The translations under genes and the position numbers were made by a program. A stretch of 64,000 nucleotides of DNA from an uncultured Flavobacteriales bacterium (GTDB lineage Bacteria > Bacteroidota > Bacteroidia > Flavobacteriales > UBA7312): NCBI GenBank assembly GCA_964004705.1, contig CAXFOQ010000002.1, positions 1,971-65,970 of the forward strand, given 5' to 3'. Shown here in pieces: positions 41,737 to 50,749 of this stretch; the first letter of the stretch is position 1, and every line of letters begins with the position of its first letter. The notes beneath the pieces are model-generated. The model saw only the letters and a list, made by a program, of their open reading frames with translations. It had not been told where the DNA came from and did no database searches.

Positions 41737-42741
41737 ATGGCATTAAAACACAACTATCCTTTACAAACGCTCAATACCTTTGGCTTATCAGCACAAGCCG
41801 AGTACTTTGCTCGTTTTCAATCTATAGAGGAGTTACAAAACCTATTGACTCAAGCTGAACGACCCCTCATGATACTGGGTGGTGGTAGTAACATCTTACT
41901 AACTCAAGATGTGAAAGGTAGTGTTTTGAAAAATGAAATTGGAGGCATTAACATCATTGAAGAAGATGACCGAAGTGCCTTAGTAAAAGTGGGTGGTGGT
42001 GTAGTCTGGCACGACTTTGTTATATGGAGCATCAATAAGCAATTAGGAGGAATAGAAAACTTATCACTAATACCGGGAAGTGTTGGGGCGGCACCTATGC
42101 AAAATATTGGAGCCTATGGCACTGAATTAAAATCGGTTTTTGAGGAGTTAGAAGCAGTACATATAGATAGCCGTGAGGTTAAAATTTTTAACAATGACGA
42201 TTGTCAATTTGGCTACCGTTATTCTATTTTTAAAGGCGAACTCAAAGGGCAATTTGTGATTTGTAGCGTTAACTTTAGGCTCAGAAAAATACCCCAATTC
42301 AACACATCTTATGGTGCTATAGAAGATGAGCTCAAAGCAATGGGAGCAACAGCTAGTTTAGAAAGTATTAGCCAAGCCGTTATAGCCATCAGAGATCGTA
42401 AACTACCTAACCCTAAAGAAATTGGCAACAGTGGTAGCTTTTTCAAAAATCCGACCGTTTCGAATACGCTGTTTGAAACTCTAAAAAGCCAATTCCCCAA
42501 TATAGTAGGTTATCCTAATGGGCAATACAAAACTAAAGTGGCCGCAGGTTGGCTCATAGAAGAAGCGGGATGGAAAGGCTATAAACATAAAGATGCTGGC
42601 GTATACAAAAACCAAGCCTTAGTACTTGTCAATTATGGACAAGCCAAAGGGCAAGATATTTTGAAGCTATCTCAAGATATACAAGCCTCTGTTCAACAGA
42701 AATTTGGCATCGCTCTAGAAGCTGAAGTTAATATTATTTAA
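41737..42741 (+). CDS. murB: UDP-N-acetylenolpyruvoylglucosamine reductase
   Basis: Contains LNTFGL, ILGGGSNILL, PGSVGAAPMQNIGAYG, and GSFFKNP. The ORF-track TTG start is replaced by the ATG at 41737. Confidence 0.93.
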   Translation: MALKHNYPLQTLNTFGLSAQAEYFARFQSIEELQNLLTQAERPLMILGGGSNILLTQDVKGSVLKNEIGGINIIEEDDRSALVKVGGGVVWHDFVIWSINKQLGGIENLSLIPGSVGAAPMQNIGAYGTELKSVFEELEAVHIDSREVKIFNNDDCQFGYRYSIFKGELKGQFVICSVNFRLRKIPQFNTSYGAIEDELKAMGATASLESISQAVIAIRDRKLPNPKEIGNSGSFFKNPTVSNTLFETLKSQFPNIVGYPNGQYKTKVAAGWLIEEAGWKGYKHKDAGVYKNQALVLVNYGQAKGQDILKLSQDIQASVQQKFGIALEAEVNII

Positions 42742-42752
42742 AATTTATAAAA

Positions 42753-42778
42753 AAGCAACTTGTTTTAGTTACTTTTTT
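42753..42778. terminator. Imperfect bidirectional hairpin between murB (+) and the 1312-aa gene (-)
   Basis: AAGCAACT-tgtttt-AGTTACTT (7 of 8 bp), flanked by an A-run and a T-run. Confidence 0.35.
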
Positions 42779-42800
42779 ATTGTTGTATATATCCAATCGC

Positions 42801-45800
42801 TTATTGTTTTACCAATTTATAATTCACTATTCCGTTAGATGTAATTACGCTTAGTTTATATAATCCCTTAGCATTTTCAGACAAATCAATAATTGTACTA
42901 AAACTACTATTGGCATTAAACGATTGTCCATAGACTTGTTCTCCCAACAGACTGTAAAGTCGAATCTCCGTTTGAGTGTCAGCATAAAAATCTAAATAGA
43001 AGATATCAGACGATGGATTAGGATAAATCTTTAGATTTAAAAGATTGGCTAATCTTACTCCACCTAATGTGTATTCAACAGGCTGTGAGAAAATTGTTGC
43101 CCAAGAAGTACCATTAGTTCCACAAGCACCACGTATTCTCCAAGAATAATCTCCTGCTGTTAAACCAAACTTAGTTTTTGAAGTTAATGAACCTGCTAGG
43201 TTGTTCCACGCCCATACTTGACCTGTAGTAACGTTAGTAAGCTCCAAGAAATAGTGATCTGGTTGTCCATTTTCTGGCGTACTCCAAGACATCGTAATTG
43301 CTGTTTGTGCACCATTAGCACTAGTCAATAGGTTGGTAGGCATTTTGTCGCAAATAGCTTCAGTTGTAAAGGTTGAGAAGTCTCCCCATCCTGAGTGGTA
43401 TTGTGGGTCTGAATCACCATTGGCGTCAACATTACCTGTACACCACGCTTTAGTGTGCCATTCATAGTCTGTACTTGGCGTAAAGTTTCCTTTTAAGACG
43501 TTGATATCACCATTAGCATTTCCATTTAAGTATCGGAAAGAGTTAGTTCCAACCACTCTAACTTTACCTTTAGACTGCCATACACCCCAAGAAGCATCCG
43601 GTGCATCTGCACTTAAAGTCACCCAATTAGCCTCGGTAGAAGCTGATAAGTTTTCTAAGTTAGCACACGCCTCTAGTGTGGTGTATTGTGAACTTGCTGA
43701 CCAAGGCGACTGACAGTTGGTAGAACCATCTTCATTTAGCACTCTCGCTCTAATGTTCCACTGATAAGTAGTCCCTGGCTGCATGAAGTAACGAGTTCTA
43801 CTAGTGCCAGTAAATTCATTAGTATTTACGGGGCCAGCTGTCATAACTGTCCAAGAAGAAGTGCCTACTGGACGATAACGAATCATATAATGTGATGGCG
43901 CAGTGGATGGTGCTGACCAATTGAATACGACTCTATCGTGTATAATATCATCAACAAATAAGCCTGAAGGTACAATGTCACAAGGGTTTACAGGATAGAC
44001 ACAAGAGTTGTCATCGAGTGTTGCTTCTGAGTTATAATTTGAAGCCGCAGAATCTGTACAACCAGCTATATCAATGATCAATACATAAATTGAAAATTCA
44101 GTTTCAACAGTACAGTCTAATGTTATGTCCGTTACAGCTACAGTATAGTCACCAACAGACAAGGCAAATGGATTTTGTTGAATACCATTTAAATCAAATA
44201 CATTGATATCGTAATTGTTAGTTCCATTAATTCCTGTTGCAATAATATTTCCATCAGAAGCATTATGAGAGCTAACGTCCTGAGTACTCAATATAGAAAC
44301 TTGAAAATCGCCACAATAAGTGCAACTACCATCATCTTGAGTAACTAATGGATTATAATTATCTGCTAAAGGGTCCGTACAACCTAAGGTTGTTGTGGTA
44401 TTACAATCGTTACATTCGCCAAAACAAACGACAGGCAAATCTATTATTTGCCCACATTCGGCAGTAAAATAAAAATTAGGAGAATCATCGCCAGTTTCAG
44501 GATTTGTTCCTAAGGCACAATCGTCTGGAGCATAACCAATAACTCCCCAACCAGACCAACCGTCAGCAGCTCCAGATAAAGCATGTACATATTCATATAA
44601 TCCTGGGTCAAATAATTCTAATGAGCCCGAATAAATACCGTCCATATCATCATCAATAAGTGTTACACCCCAAGAGCCCCAATATTGACTAGAATCTCCA
44701 AAAGTATCCCAACTACCATTAATCATAACATTATCATAATCCCCACTGACTACACCACTCGCATTAACATTAAAGTTAATAACTGCTGGTTCTTCACAAA
44801 TCACACACGAACCGTCATCAATGGTAGCAAAAGGGTCATAATTACCTGCTGCCTCATCAGTACAGCCTAAGCCACCACCAATACACTCTGAACATTCACC
44901 AAAACAAATGGTTGGCAAATCAATGACTTGACCACATTGAGCGTCAAAGTAATAATTGGGCGCATCATCACCATTTTCAGGATTTGTTCCTAAAGCACAA
45001 TCATCTGGAGCATAACCAATAATTCCCCAGCCAGAATAACCATCTGCAGAACCACTTAAGGCATGTACATATTCATAAAAGCCTGGCTCTAAGGATAAAG
45101 AACCGGTATAAATACCGTCCATATTGTCATCTGTAAGAGTAACACCCCATGCTCCCCAATACTGATTGGAATCGCCAAAAGCATCCCAACTTCCATTGAT
45201 TAAAACATAGTCATATTCAGCAGAAATAAGGTAACTAGCATCAACACTAAAATTAATTGTAGCAAGTTCTTGACAATCCACACAAGATCCGTCATCCATT
45301 ATGGCATCAGGATTGTAATTAGAGGCTGTTTCATCTGTACAGCCAAATATATTGGGAGAAGAACATTCGCCAGCAATCCAATTGACAACACCACTAATTT
45401 CTGCATAACAAGAATTGGAATAAGTTACATTATCACAGCCACAAATAGGATCGTAAATCTCAAAACAAAAAGCATTGGGGTTAATGAGGTCAGAGTCTAT
45501 ACAAAACTCACAAGAACCATCATCCAAATTAGCATTAGGATTGTAATTGAATGCAGTGACATCGGTACACCCTGAAATACTTGGAGCAATAGAAATGTCG
45601 CAAGTATCGTTAGCATTTATTGTTAAATTATTTTGACTCAATTGCCAGTTTCCACCAAAAGACTGCTTACTCCATAACACATTAATATCTACAGTATTGA
45701 CATCAGAATTCCATGTCATAGTATTACTATATATACCATTATTTGAAGACAATTCTCCGAGAGCATATCCATCAGTAGAACTGTATATAATCAAATCATC

Positions 45801-46739
45801 TAATGGGTCAGCATCGGCCGATTCAACTTGAATAATAATTGAGTTTGGACCATTATTGCCAATAGACAAGAAAACCGATGATGCTACTTCAGCCTCAATC
45901 GCAAAGTGATAAATTTGAGTATCACAGTAAGGAGATTCTCCATCAAGTAAAAACTCACAACTACCATCATCTTCTGAGGCTGCTGGATTGTAGTTCATAG
46001 CCGATTCATCAGTACAACCTGAGATAATTGGACAAGAACCATCATTATCGCAAGTTGCGAAACAATGTAATAGTGTTGTGTCAGAACTTATAGAAGGTAA
46101 AATTCTATCGTTCCAGTTAGCCGCATCAGCACAAGGAAGACCGGCTATATTTTCTTTAGCACCCCAGTCACCGCCATTATTAGGGTTATTTAGTAAGGTG
46201 TAGTTGCCAGTTGCACCATTGCTAATATAAGTTACTCCAGTCCAAATACCATCGCCATCATCATCAGACAATGGTAGTGCCATAGCATCACCAAACATAC
46301 CGCCCCCTATATACATTCCGTTAGGGCCTACTATTATGTTAGCAGTATTTATAGAAAATGTGACGTTAAATCCCTCTGGCTCTGGGTAAGTACACGAACC
46401 ATCATCAGTCGTAGCACTAGGATTAAAATTAGTAGCCGTTTCATCTATACAGCCAAATACAGTCGTAGAAGAACACTCACCATTCACCCAACTCAATACA
46501 CCACTATTTTCGGCATAACAAGAATTGGAATAAGTGACATTATTACAACCACAAACAGGGTCATAAATAAAAAAACAAATGGCATCAGGATTAATAAGTG
46601 AAGGATCTATGCAGTCAAGCGAATTAATCTCATCTACAACAACAGTTATAGAAATTGGCTTAGAAATAGTGTTAGATTCTGACTTAGATATACCAATAAA
46701 TGGCATCAAAATAATCAACAAAGTATAAACAAGTCTCAT
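42801..46739 (-). CDS. 1312-aa mosaic secreted protein: 2 Kazal-like domains, 7 GCTD..NYNP..DDGSC Cys motifs, duplicated beta-rich modules, 3 FN3-like domains, T9SS type A sorting domain
   Basis: Signal peptide. The Kazal-like cores are YDPVCGCNNVTYSNSCYAENSG..GEC and YDPICGCDNVTYSNSCYAEISG..GEC. FN3-like segments include VVFNWSAPSTAPSHYMIRYRPVG. The C-terminus is LKIYPNPSSDIFYLDF...IRLYSLLGEQVY...GLYKLSV. Confidence 0.8.
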   Translation of the reverse strand: MRLVYTLLIILMPFIGISKSESNTISKPISITVVVDEINSLDCIDPSLINPDAICFFIYDPVCGCNNVTYSNSCYAENSGVLSWVNGECSSTTVFGCIDETATNFNPSATTDDGSCTYPEPEGFNVTFSINTANIIVGPNGMYIGGGMFGDAMALPLSDDDGDGIWTGVTYISNGATGNYTLLNNPNNGGDWGAKENIAGLPCADAANWNDRILPSISSDTTLLHCFATCDNDGSCPIISGCTDESAMNYNPAASEDDGSCEFLLDGESPYCDTQIYHFAIEAEVASSVFLSIGNNGPNSIIIQVESADADPLDDLIIYSSTDGYALGELSSNNGIYSNTMTWNSDVNTVDINVLWSKQSFGGNWQLSQNNLTINANDTCDISIAPSISGCTDVTAFNYNPNANLDDGSCEFCIDSDLINPNAFCFEIYDPICGCDNVTYSNSCYAEISGVVNWIAGECSSPNIFGCTDETASNYNPDAIMDDGSCVDCQELATINFSVDASYLISAEYDYVLINGSWDAFGDSNQYWGAWGVTLTDDNMDGIYTGSLSLEPGFYEYVHALSGSADGYSGWGIIGYAPDDCALGTNPENGDDAPNYYFDAQCGQVIDLPTICFGECSECIGGGLGCTDEAAGNYDPFATIDDGSCVICEEPAVINFNVNASGVVSGDYDNVMINGSWDTFGDSSQYWGSWGVTLIDDDMDGIYSGSLELFDPGLYEYVHALSGAADGWSGWGVIGYAPDDCALGTNPETGDDSPNFYFTAECGQIIDLPVVCFGECNDCNTTTTLGCTDPLADNYNPLVTQDDGSCTYCGDFQVSILSTQDVSSHNASDGNIIATGINGTNNYDINVFDLNGIQQNPFALSVGDYTVAVTDITLDCTVETEFSIYVLIIDIAGCTDSAASNYNSEATLDDNSCVYPVNPCDIVPSGLFVDDIIHDRVVFNWSAPSTAPSHYMIRYRPVGTSSWTVMTAGPVNTNEFTGTSRTRYFMQPGTTYQWNIRARVLNEDGSTNCQSPWSASSQYTTLEACANLENLSASTEANWVTLSADAPDASWGVWQSKGKVRVVGTNSFRYLNGNANGDINVLKGNFTPSTDYEWHTKAWCTGNVDANGDSDPQYHSGWGDFSTFTTEAICDKMPTNLLTSANGAQTAITMSWSTPENGQPDHYFLELTNVTTGQVWAWNNLAGSLTSKTKFGLTAGDYSWRIRGACGTNGTSWATIFSQPVEYTLGGVRLANLLNLKIYPNPSSDIFYLDFYADTQTEIRLYSLLGEQVYGQSFNANSSFSTIIDLSENAKGLYKLSVITSNGIVNYKLVKQ
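44388..45344 (-). repeat. Intragenic tandem duplication, 2 x 477 nt (159 codons)
   Basis: Protein units at aa ~466-624 and ~625-784 align residue for residue (GCTDE..., INGSWD.FGDS.QYWG.WGVTL.DD.MDGIY.GSL, YEYVHALSG.ADG.SGWG.IGYAPDDCALGTNPE.GDD.PN.YF.A.CGQ.IDLP..CFGEC..C). The DNA shares long identical runs, e.g. TTTTCAGGATTTGTTCCTAA and TCTGGAGCATAACCAATAA at 44.49 and 44.97 kb. Confidence 0.85.
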
Positions 46740-46868
46740 AATGTATTTATTAGTATAGTGTCAAAACTACACTTTTTAAGGTTAAATCAAAATTACATTT
46801 GTGAATTTCATATAAAATCAAGCTTATTTTTAGTAAATTTTCATAAAAAAAGTATCGATGAGCTAGAA

Positions 46869-46898
46869 CAAAAAAAGCAACTCCAGTTTGAGTTGCTT
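46869..46898 (-). terminator. Rho-independent terminator after tRNA-Leu
   Basis: Sense strand AAGCAACTC-aaactg-GAGTTGCTT is a perfect 9-bp stem, followed by TTTTTTT. Confidence 0.75.
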
Positions 46899-46903
46899 TA
46901 GTG

Positions 46904-46985
46904 TGCGGATGAAGGGAGTCGAACCCCCACGCCTCGCGGCACTAGATCCTAAGTCTAGCGTGTCTACCAATTCCACCACATCCGC
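46904..46985 (-). tRNA. tRNA-Leu (anticodon TAG), long variable arm
   Basis: Reverse strand reads GCGGATGTGGTGGAATTGGTAGACAC...GACTTAGGATC...variable arm...GGTTCGACTCCCTTCATCCGCA, with anticodon loop CTTAGGA. Confidence 0.92.
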
Positions 46986-47106
46986 AGCAAAATGGATTGC
47001 AAATATATAGTTTTTAGTCAATTTTACTTAAAAAATATTTATTCTGTCTCCTGCCGTAATTTTACAGTCAAAATATTACTTTTGTTATGAATCATTTTTA
47101 ACCTTT

Positions 47107-48012
47107 ATGTTACACATACAGCCTAAAGATATTCCTGTTGGCGAATTGCACCAATACCTTTTGGGTGCTGTTGGTCCTCGCCCTATTGCACTAGCAAGTA
47201 CGCTAGATCAGTATGGCAATCCTAACCTTAGCCCCTTTAGTTTTTTCAATGTGTTTAGTGCCAACCCTCCTATCGCTATCTTTTCTCCAGCAAGACGAGT
47301 CCGCAATAATACTACTAAGCATACCTTAGATAATGTATTAGACAACAAAGAAGTCGTTATCAATGTAGTTTCTTATGACATTGTGCAACAGACTTCACTT
47401 GCAAGTACAGAATATGAATCTGGTGTCAACGAATTTATTAAATCTGGCCTGACAGCCGTCGATTCTGAATTAGTTAAGCCATTTAGAGTGAAAGAATCAC
47501 CTGTTCAAATGGAATGTGTCGTTAACGAGGTTGTTTCTCTAGGAAATGAAGGAGGAGCTGGAAATTTGGTCATTTGTGAAATCAAGATGTTACACATCAA
47601 CGAAAATATACTAAACGATGTAGGTGGAATTGACGCTAACAAAATTGATTTAGTAGGTCGAATGGGTGGTAATTGGTATTGCCGTTCATCACAAGATGCA
47701 CTGTTTGAAGTAGAAAAGCCTATACGTAACTTAGGAATTGGTATAGATAACATTCCTTCACGAATTAGAAATAGCTATATACTTACAGGAAACGACTTAG
47801 GAATGCTGGGTAATATAGAATCTATTCCAAGTATAGAAGAAGTAGAAAAATATAAAAAAGAATATTATAATATAAAAGAATTACTAAATTTTAGTGCTGG
47901 GGATGAAGAAGCTAGAGAAGCTTTACATTACCGTGCTAAAGAATTATTAAAAAAAGGCCGCATTAGTGAGGCTTGGAAAACATTATTGATCGATAAATTA
48001 AATAGAACATGA
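47107..48012 (+). CDS. Flavin reductase-like domain protein with ~100-aa C-terminal extension
   Basis: Contains PRPIALASTLDQYGNPNLSPFSFFNVFSANPPIAIFSP, a Flavin_Reduct split-barrel pattern. Confidence 0.65.
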   Translation: MLHIQPKDIPVGELHQYLLGAVGPRPIALASTLDQYGNPNLSPFSFFNVFSANPPIAIFSPARRVRNNTTKHTLDNVLDNKEVVINVVSYDIVQQTSLASTEYESGVNEFIKSGLTAVDSELVKPFRVKESPVQMECVVNEVVSLGNEGGAGNLVICEIKMLHINENILNDVGGIDANKIDLVGRMGGNWYCRSSQDALFEVEKPIRNLGIGIDNIPSRIRNSYILTGNDLGMLGNIESIPSIEEVEKYKKEYYNIKELLNFSAGDEEAREALHYRAKELLKKGRISEAWKTLLIDKLNRT

Positions 48013-48368
48013 GTTTAGCAATTACAGGAAAATTAGTCAAAGCATTAGATGTAGAAAGTGGTACAAGTAAAGCGGGAAAAGAATGGAAAAAACAATCATT
48101 TGTCATTGATACTGGTGCACAATACAATCCAGAAGTATGTTTTAGTCTTTTTGGCGAGGATAAAATCGCTATGTTAGATGGTATTCAGCCTGGTACTGAA
48201 ATAGAAGTTTCTTTCAATCTTTCTTCTAGAGAGTATAATGGCAAATATTATCACAATATCGACGCTTGGAGAATCAATAGAGCAGCAGCAGCCGTTGTAG
48301 AAGATGTCGCTATGCCTCAAGCACCATTAGAAGCATCTGACGCTGAAGAAGATGACTTACCGTTCTAA
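48009..48368 (+). CDS. DUF3127-like small protein (OB-fold-like) with acidic tail
   Basis: The pattern (I/L)TGKLVKALDVESGTSKAGKEWKKQSFVI...YNGKYYHNIDAWRI matches my memory of DUF3127. ATGA overlap with the upstream gene. Confidence 0.6.
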   Translation: MSLAITGKLVKALDVESGTSKAGKEWKKQSFVIDTGAQYNPEVCFSLFGEDKIAMLDGIQPGTEIEVSFNLSSREYNGKYYHNIDAWRINRAAAAVVEDVAMPQAPLEASDAEEDDLPF

Positions 48369-48371
48369 AAG

Positions 48372-49703
48372 ATGTCTGCTCGGCTAATCCGTGTATTTAA
48401 GACTTTACTACCTGCGCCATTTACAATAGCAGTAGTACTTACTTTAGTCACTTTTGTTTTAGCCTATTTTCTAAGTCCAAATCAAGAAACGCCTTTATCA
48501 CTGATCAATTATTGGGAAAAGGGATTGTGGAACTCTCCCCTTTTAGTTTTTGCAGTGCAAATGATGCTCATGCTCGTGCTGGGTCATGTTTTGGCACTCA
48601 CTAAAACAGTTAGTCATTGGATAGATAAAGCCACACTATTTTGTAGTAATACGTCTCAGGCTGCAGCTTGGGTTACTTTACTGACTTTATTAGTTAGCTT
48701 TTTCAATTGGGGATTAGGCTTGGTGTTTGGTGCTATCTTTGCTCGAAAAGTAGGAGAACATGCCACCAAAAATAATATCCCACTGAACTATCCACTTATT
48801 GGTGCGGCTGGATATTCTGGCTTAATGGTTTGGCATGGTGGTATTTCTGGCTCTGCACCTATCAAAATTGCTGAAAAAGGTCATTTTTTGGAAGAAAAAA
48901 TGGGCGTTATTTCTCAATCCGAAACTATTTTTTCTAGTATGAATATCAGCATTAGTCTAGTGTTGCTAATAGTCTTACCCTGTCTAATGTATATGCTCGG
49001 TAAAAAAAGCGAGTCTAAAATCATCAAATTAAACTTAGCGCCTATTGAAGATGAAGCAGAAGAAATACAAGGTGCTGAACGCCTAGACCATTCTAACATT
49101 CTGGCTTATTTCTTTGGAGGTATGATAATCTTGTACTGCATATACAAAGCCCTAATTTTACCACAACAACTGTCTCTTTCCTTTATCACCCCTAACTTCA
49201 TCAATCTATTTTTATTGGGCTTAGGCATACTGTTGCACAAGAATTTTAATCACTTTCTAAAAGGTGTTAATCAAGCTATTGGTGGAGCGAGTGGAATCCT
49301 CATACAGTTTCCTTTATACTTTGGTATTATGGGCATTATGAATAGTTCAGGTTTAGTTGGTGTATTTTCCGATTTCTTTGTCAGTATATCCAACCCTACC
49401 ACCTTCCCTATATTTACCTTTATTAGCGCAGGAATAGTTAATGTTTTTGTTCCTAGCGGTGGTGGTCAGTGGGGAGTGCAAGGACCCATTATTATTGAAG
49501 CCGCTAGTCAGCTGAATGTACCCTATTGGAAAGCGGTGATGGCACTAGCTTATGGCGACCAACTCACTAATATGTTACAACCGTTTTGGGCATTGCCATT
49601 GCTAGGAATTACAGGCTTAAAAGCAAAAGACATTTTACCTTACAGTTTACTATTATTATTGGTTGGGGGTTCAATATTTGTAATTGGTCTTTTACTGTTC
49701 TAA
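48372..49703 (+). CDS. Short-chain fatty acid transporter-like (AtoE family) membrane protein
   Basis: 443 aa, polytopic. AtoE-like features: N-terminal (LIRVFKTLLPAPFTIAVVLT...) and GGGQWGVQGP. Confidence 0.6.
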   Translation: MSARLIRVFKTLLPAPFTIAVVLTLVTFVLAYFLSPNQETPLSLINYWEKGLWNSPLLVFAVQMMLMLVLGHVLALTKTVSHWIDKATLFCSNTSQAAAWVTLLTLLVSFFNWGLGLVFGAIFARKVGEHATKNNIPLNYPLIGAAGYSGLMVWHGGISGSAPIKIAEKGHFLEEKMGVISQSETIFSSMNISISLVLLIVLPCLMYMLGKKSESKIIKLNLAPIEDEAEEIQGAERLDHSNILAYFFGGMIILYCIYKALILPQQLSLSFITPNFINLFLLGLGILLHKNFNHFLKGVNQAIGGASGILIQFPLYFGIMGIMNSSGLVGVFSDFFVSISNPTTFPIFTFISAGIVNVFVPSGGGQWGVQGPIIIEAASQLNVPYWKAVMALAYGDQLTNMLQPFWALPLLGITGLKAKDILPYSLLLLLVGGSIFVIGLLLF

Positions 49704-50749
49704 TGACGAACATCAAGAGCATCTCTTAAGGCATTACCCACCAAAACAAAAGACAATACCAAATACATAATAGCTAAACCTGGAAAAATAGCTAAATATG
49801 ATTTTCCCATTACGATATAGGCGTAATGGTCTTTTATCATTGTTCCCCAAGATGGCATAGGGGGCTGAGCACCAATACCTAAAAAGCTGAGTCCCGATTC
49901 TATGAGTATTGCAGAAGCAAAATTAGCAGCCGAGATAACAATTACTGCACCCATAACATTTGGCAAAATGTGCTTAAATATTATTCTAAAATGTCCAAAG
50001 CCTAAGGATTGAGCCGCTTCTACATATTCTTTCTCTCTAATGCTTAGCACCTCACCCCTAACTATACGAGCTACCTCCACCCACATAGTCAGTCCGACAG
50101 CTACAAAGACTTGCCAAAAGCCTTTGCCTAAGGCTAAAGAAATAGCTATAACCATCAATAAAGTAGGAATGGACCAAACTACATTGACTAACCACATTAC
50201 AACGGCATCAACCTTGCCTCTAAAATAAGCCGCCATAGCTCCTAGGGTTATGCCAATCACTAAAGAGATTAAAACTGCAATAAAACCAACCGACAGACTT
50301 ACTCGAGTACCACATAAAATACGACTAAGCAAATCTCTACCAAAAGAATCTGTACCAAGGATATAGTTGCGTTTTATTAGGCTATAATCCTCACTCTCTA
50401 TTACTTGTTCATAATTGGTTCCAAAAGCAGTATAGTACAATTTACCATTCACGTCCCTAAAATCAGAAACAGGGATTTCCTTGTAAGGGTTTTCTTGACC
50501 GAAAATCATTTTTTCAAAAAAACCAATTTGCTCTACATCATCTTTAGGTAATAAAATAATATCAACTTCAAAACCGGGTGATTGCTTAGAAAGTTCCAAG
50601 TGCATTTGGTTGGCATAAGGTGTAGAATCAGGAAAAATATGATACCCAAAAATACTTACCACAACTGCTAAAATAATAGCACACAAAGCCGTAACTCCTA
50701 AGAGGTCTTTTTTAAATTTAGACCAAGCTATTTGAGATAAACTATTCAT
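49700..50749 (-). CDS. ABC transporter permease, DppC/OppC type (orphan)
   Basis: N-terminal OppC_N-like TM, then BPD_transp_1 with an EAA loop (EYVEAAQSLGFGHFRIIFKHILPN). Two candidate ATGs: 50773 gives a 28-nt overlap with the upstream gene; 50749 gives an ATGA overlap and is preferred. Confidence 0.8.
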   Translation of the reverse strand: MNSLSQIAWSKFKKDLLGVTALCAIILAVVVSIFGYHIFPDSTPYANQMHLELSKQSPGFEVDIILLPKDDVEQIGFFEKMIFGQENPYKEIPVSDFRDVNGKLYYTAFGTNYEQVIESEDYSLIKRNYILGTDSFGRDLLSRILCGTRVSLSVGFIAVLISLVIGITLGAMAAYFRGKVDAVVMWLVNVVWSIPTLLMVIAISLALGKGFWQVFVAVGLTMWVEVARIVRGEVLSIREKEYVEAAQSLGFGHFRIIFKHILPNVMGAVIVISAANFASAILIESGLSFLGIGAQPPMPSWGTMIKDHYAYIVMGKSYLAIFPGLAIMYLVLSFVLVGNALRDALDVRH

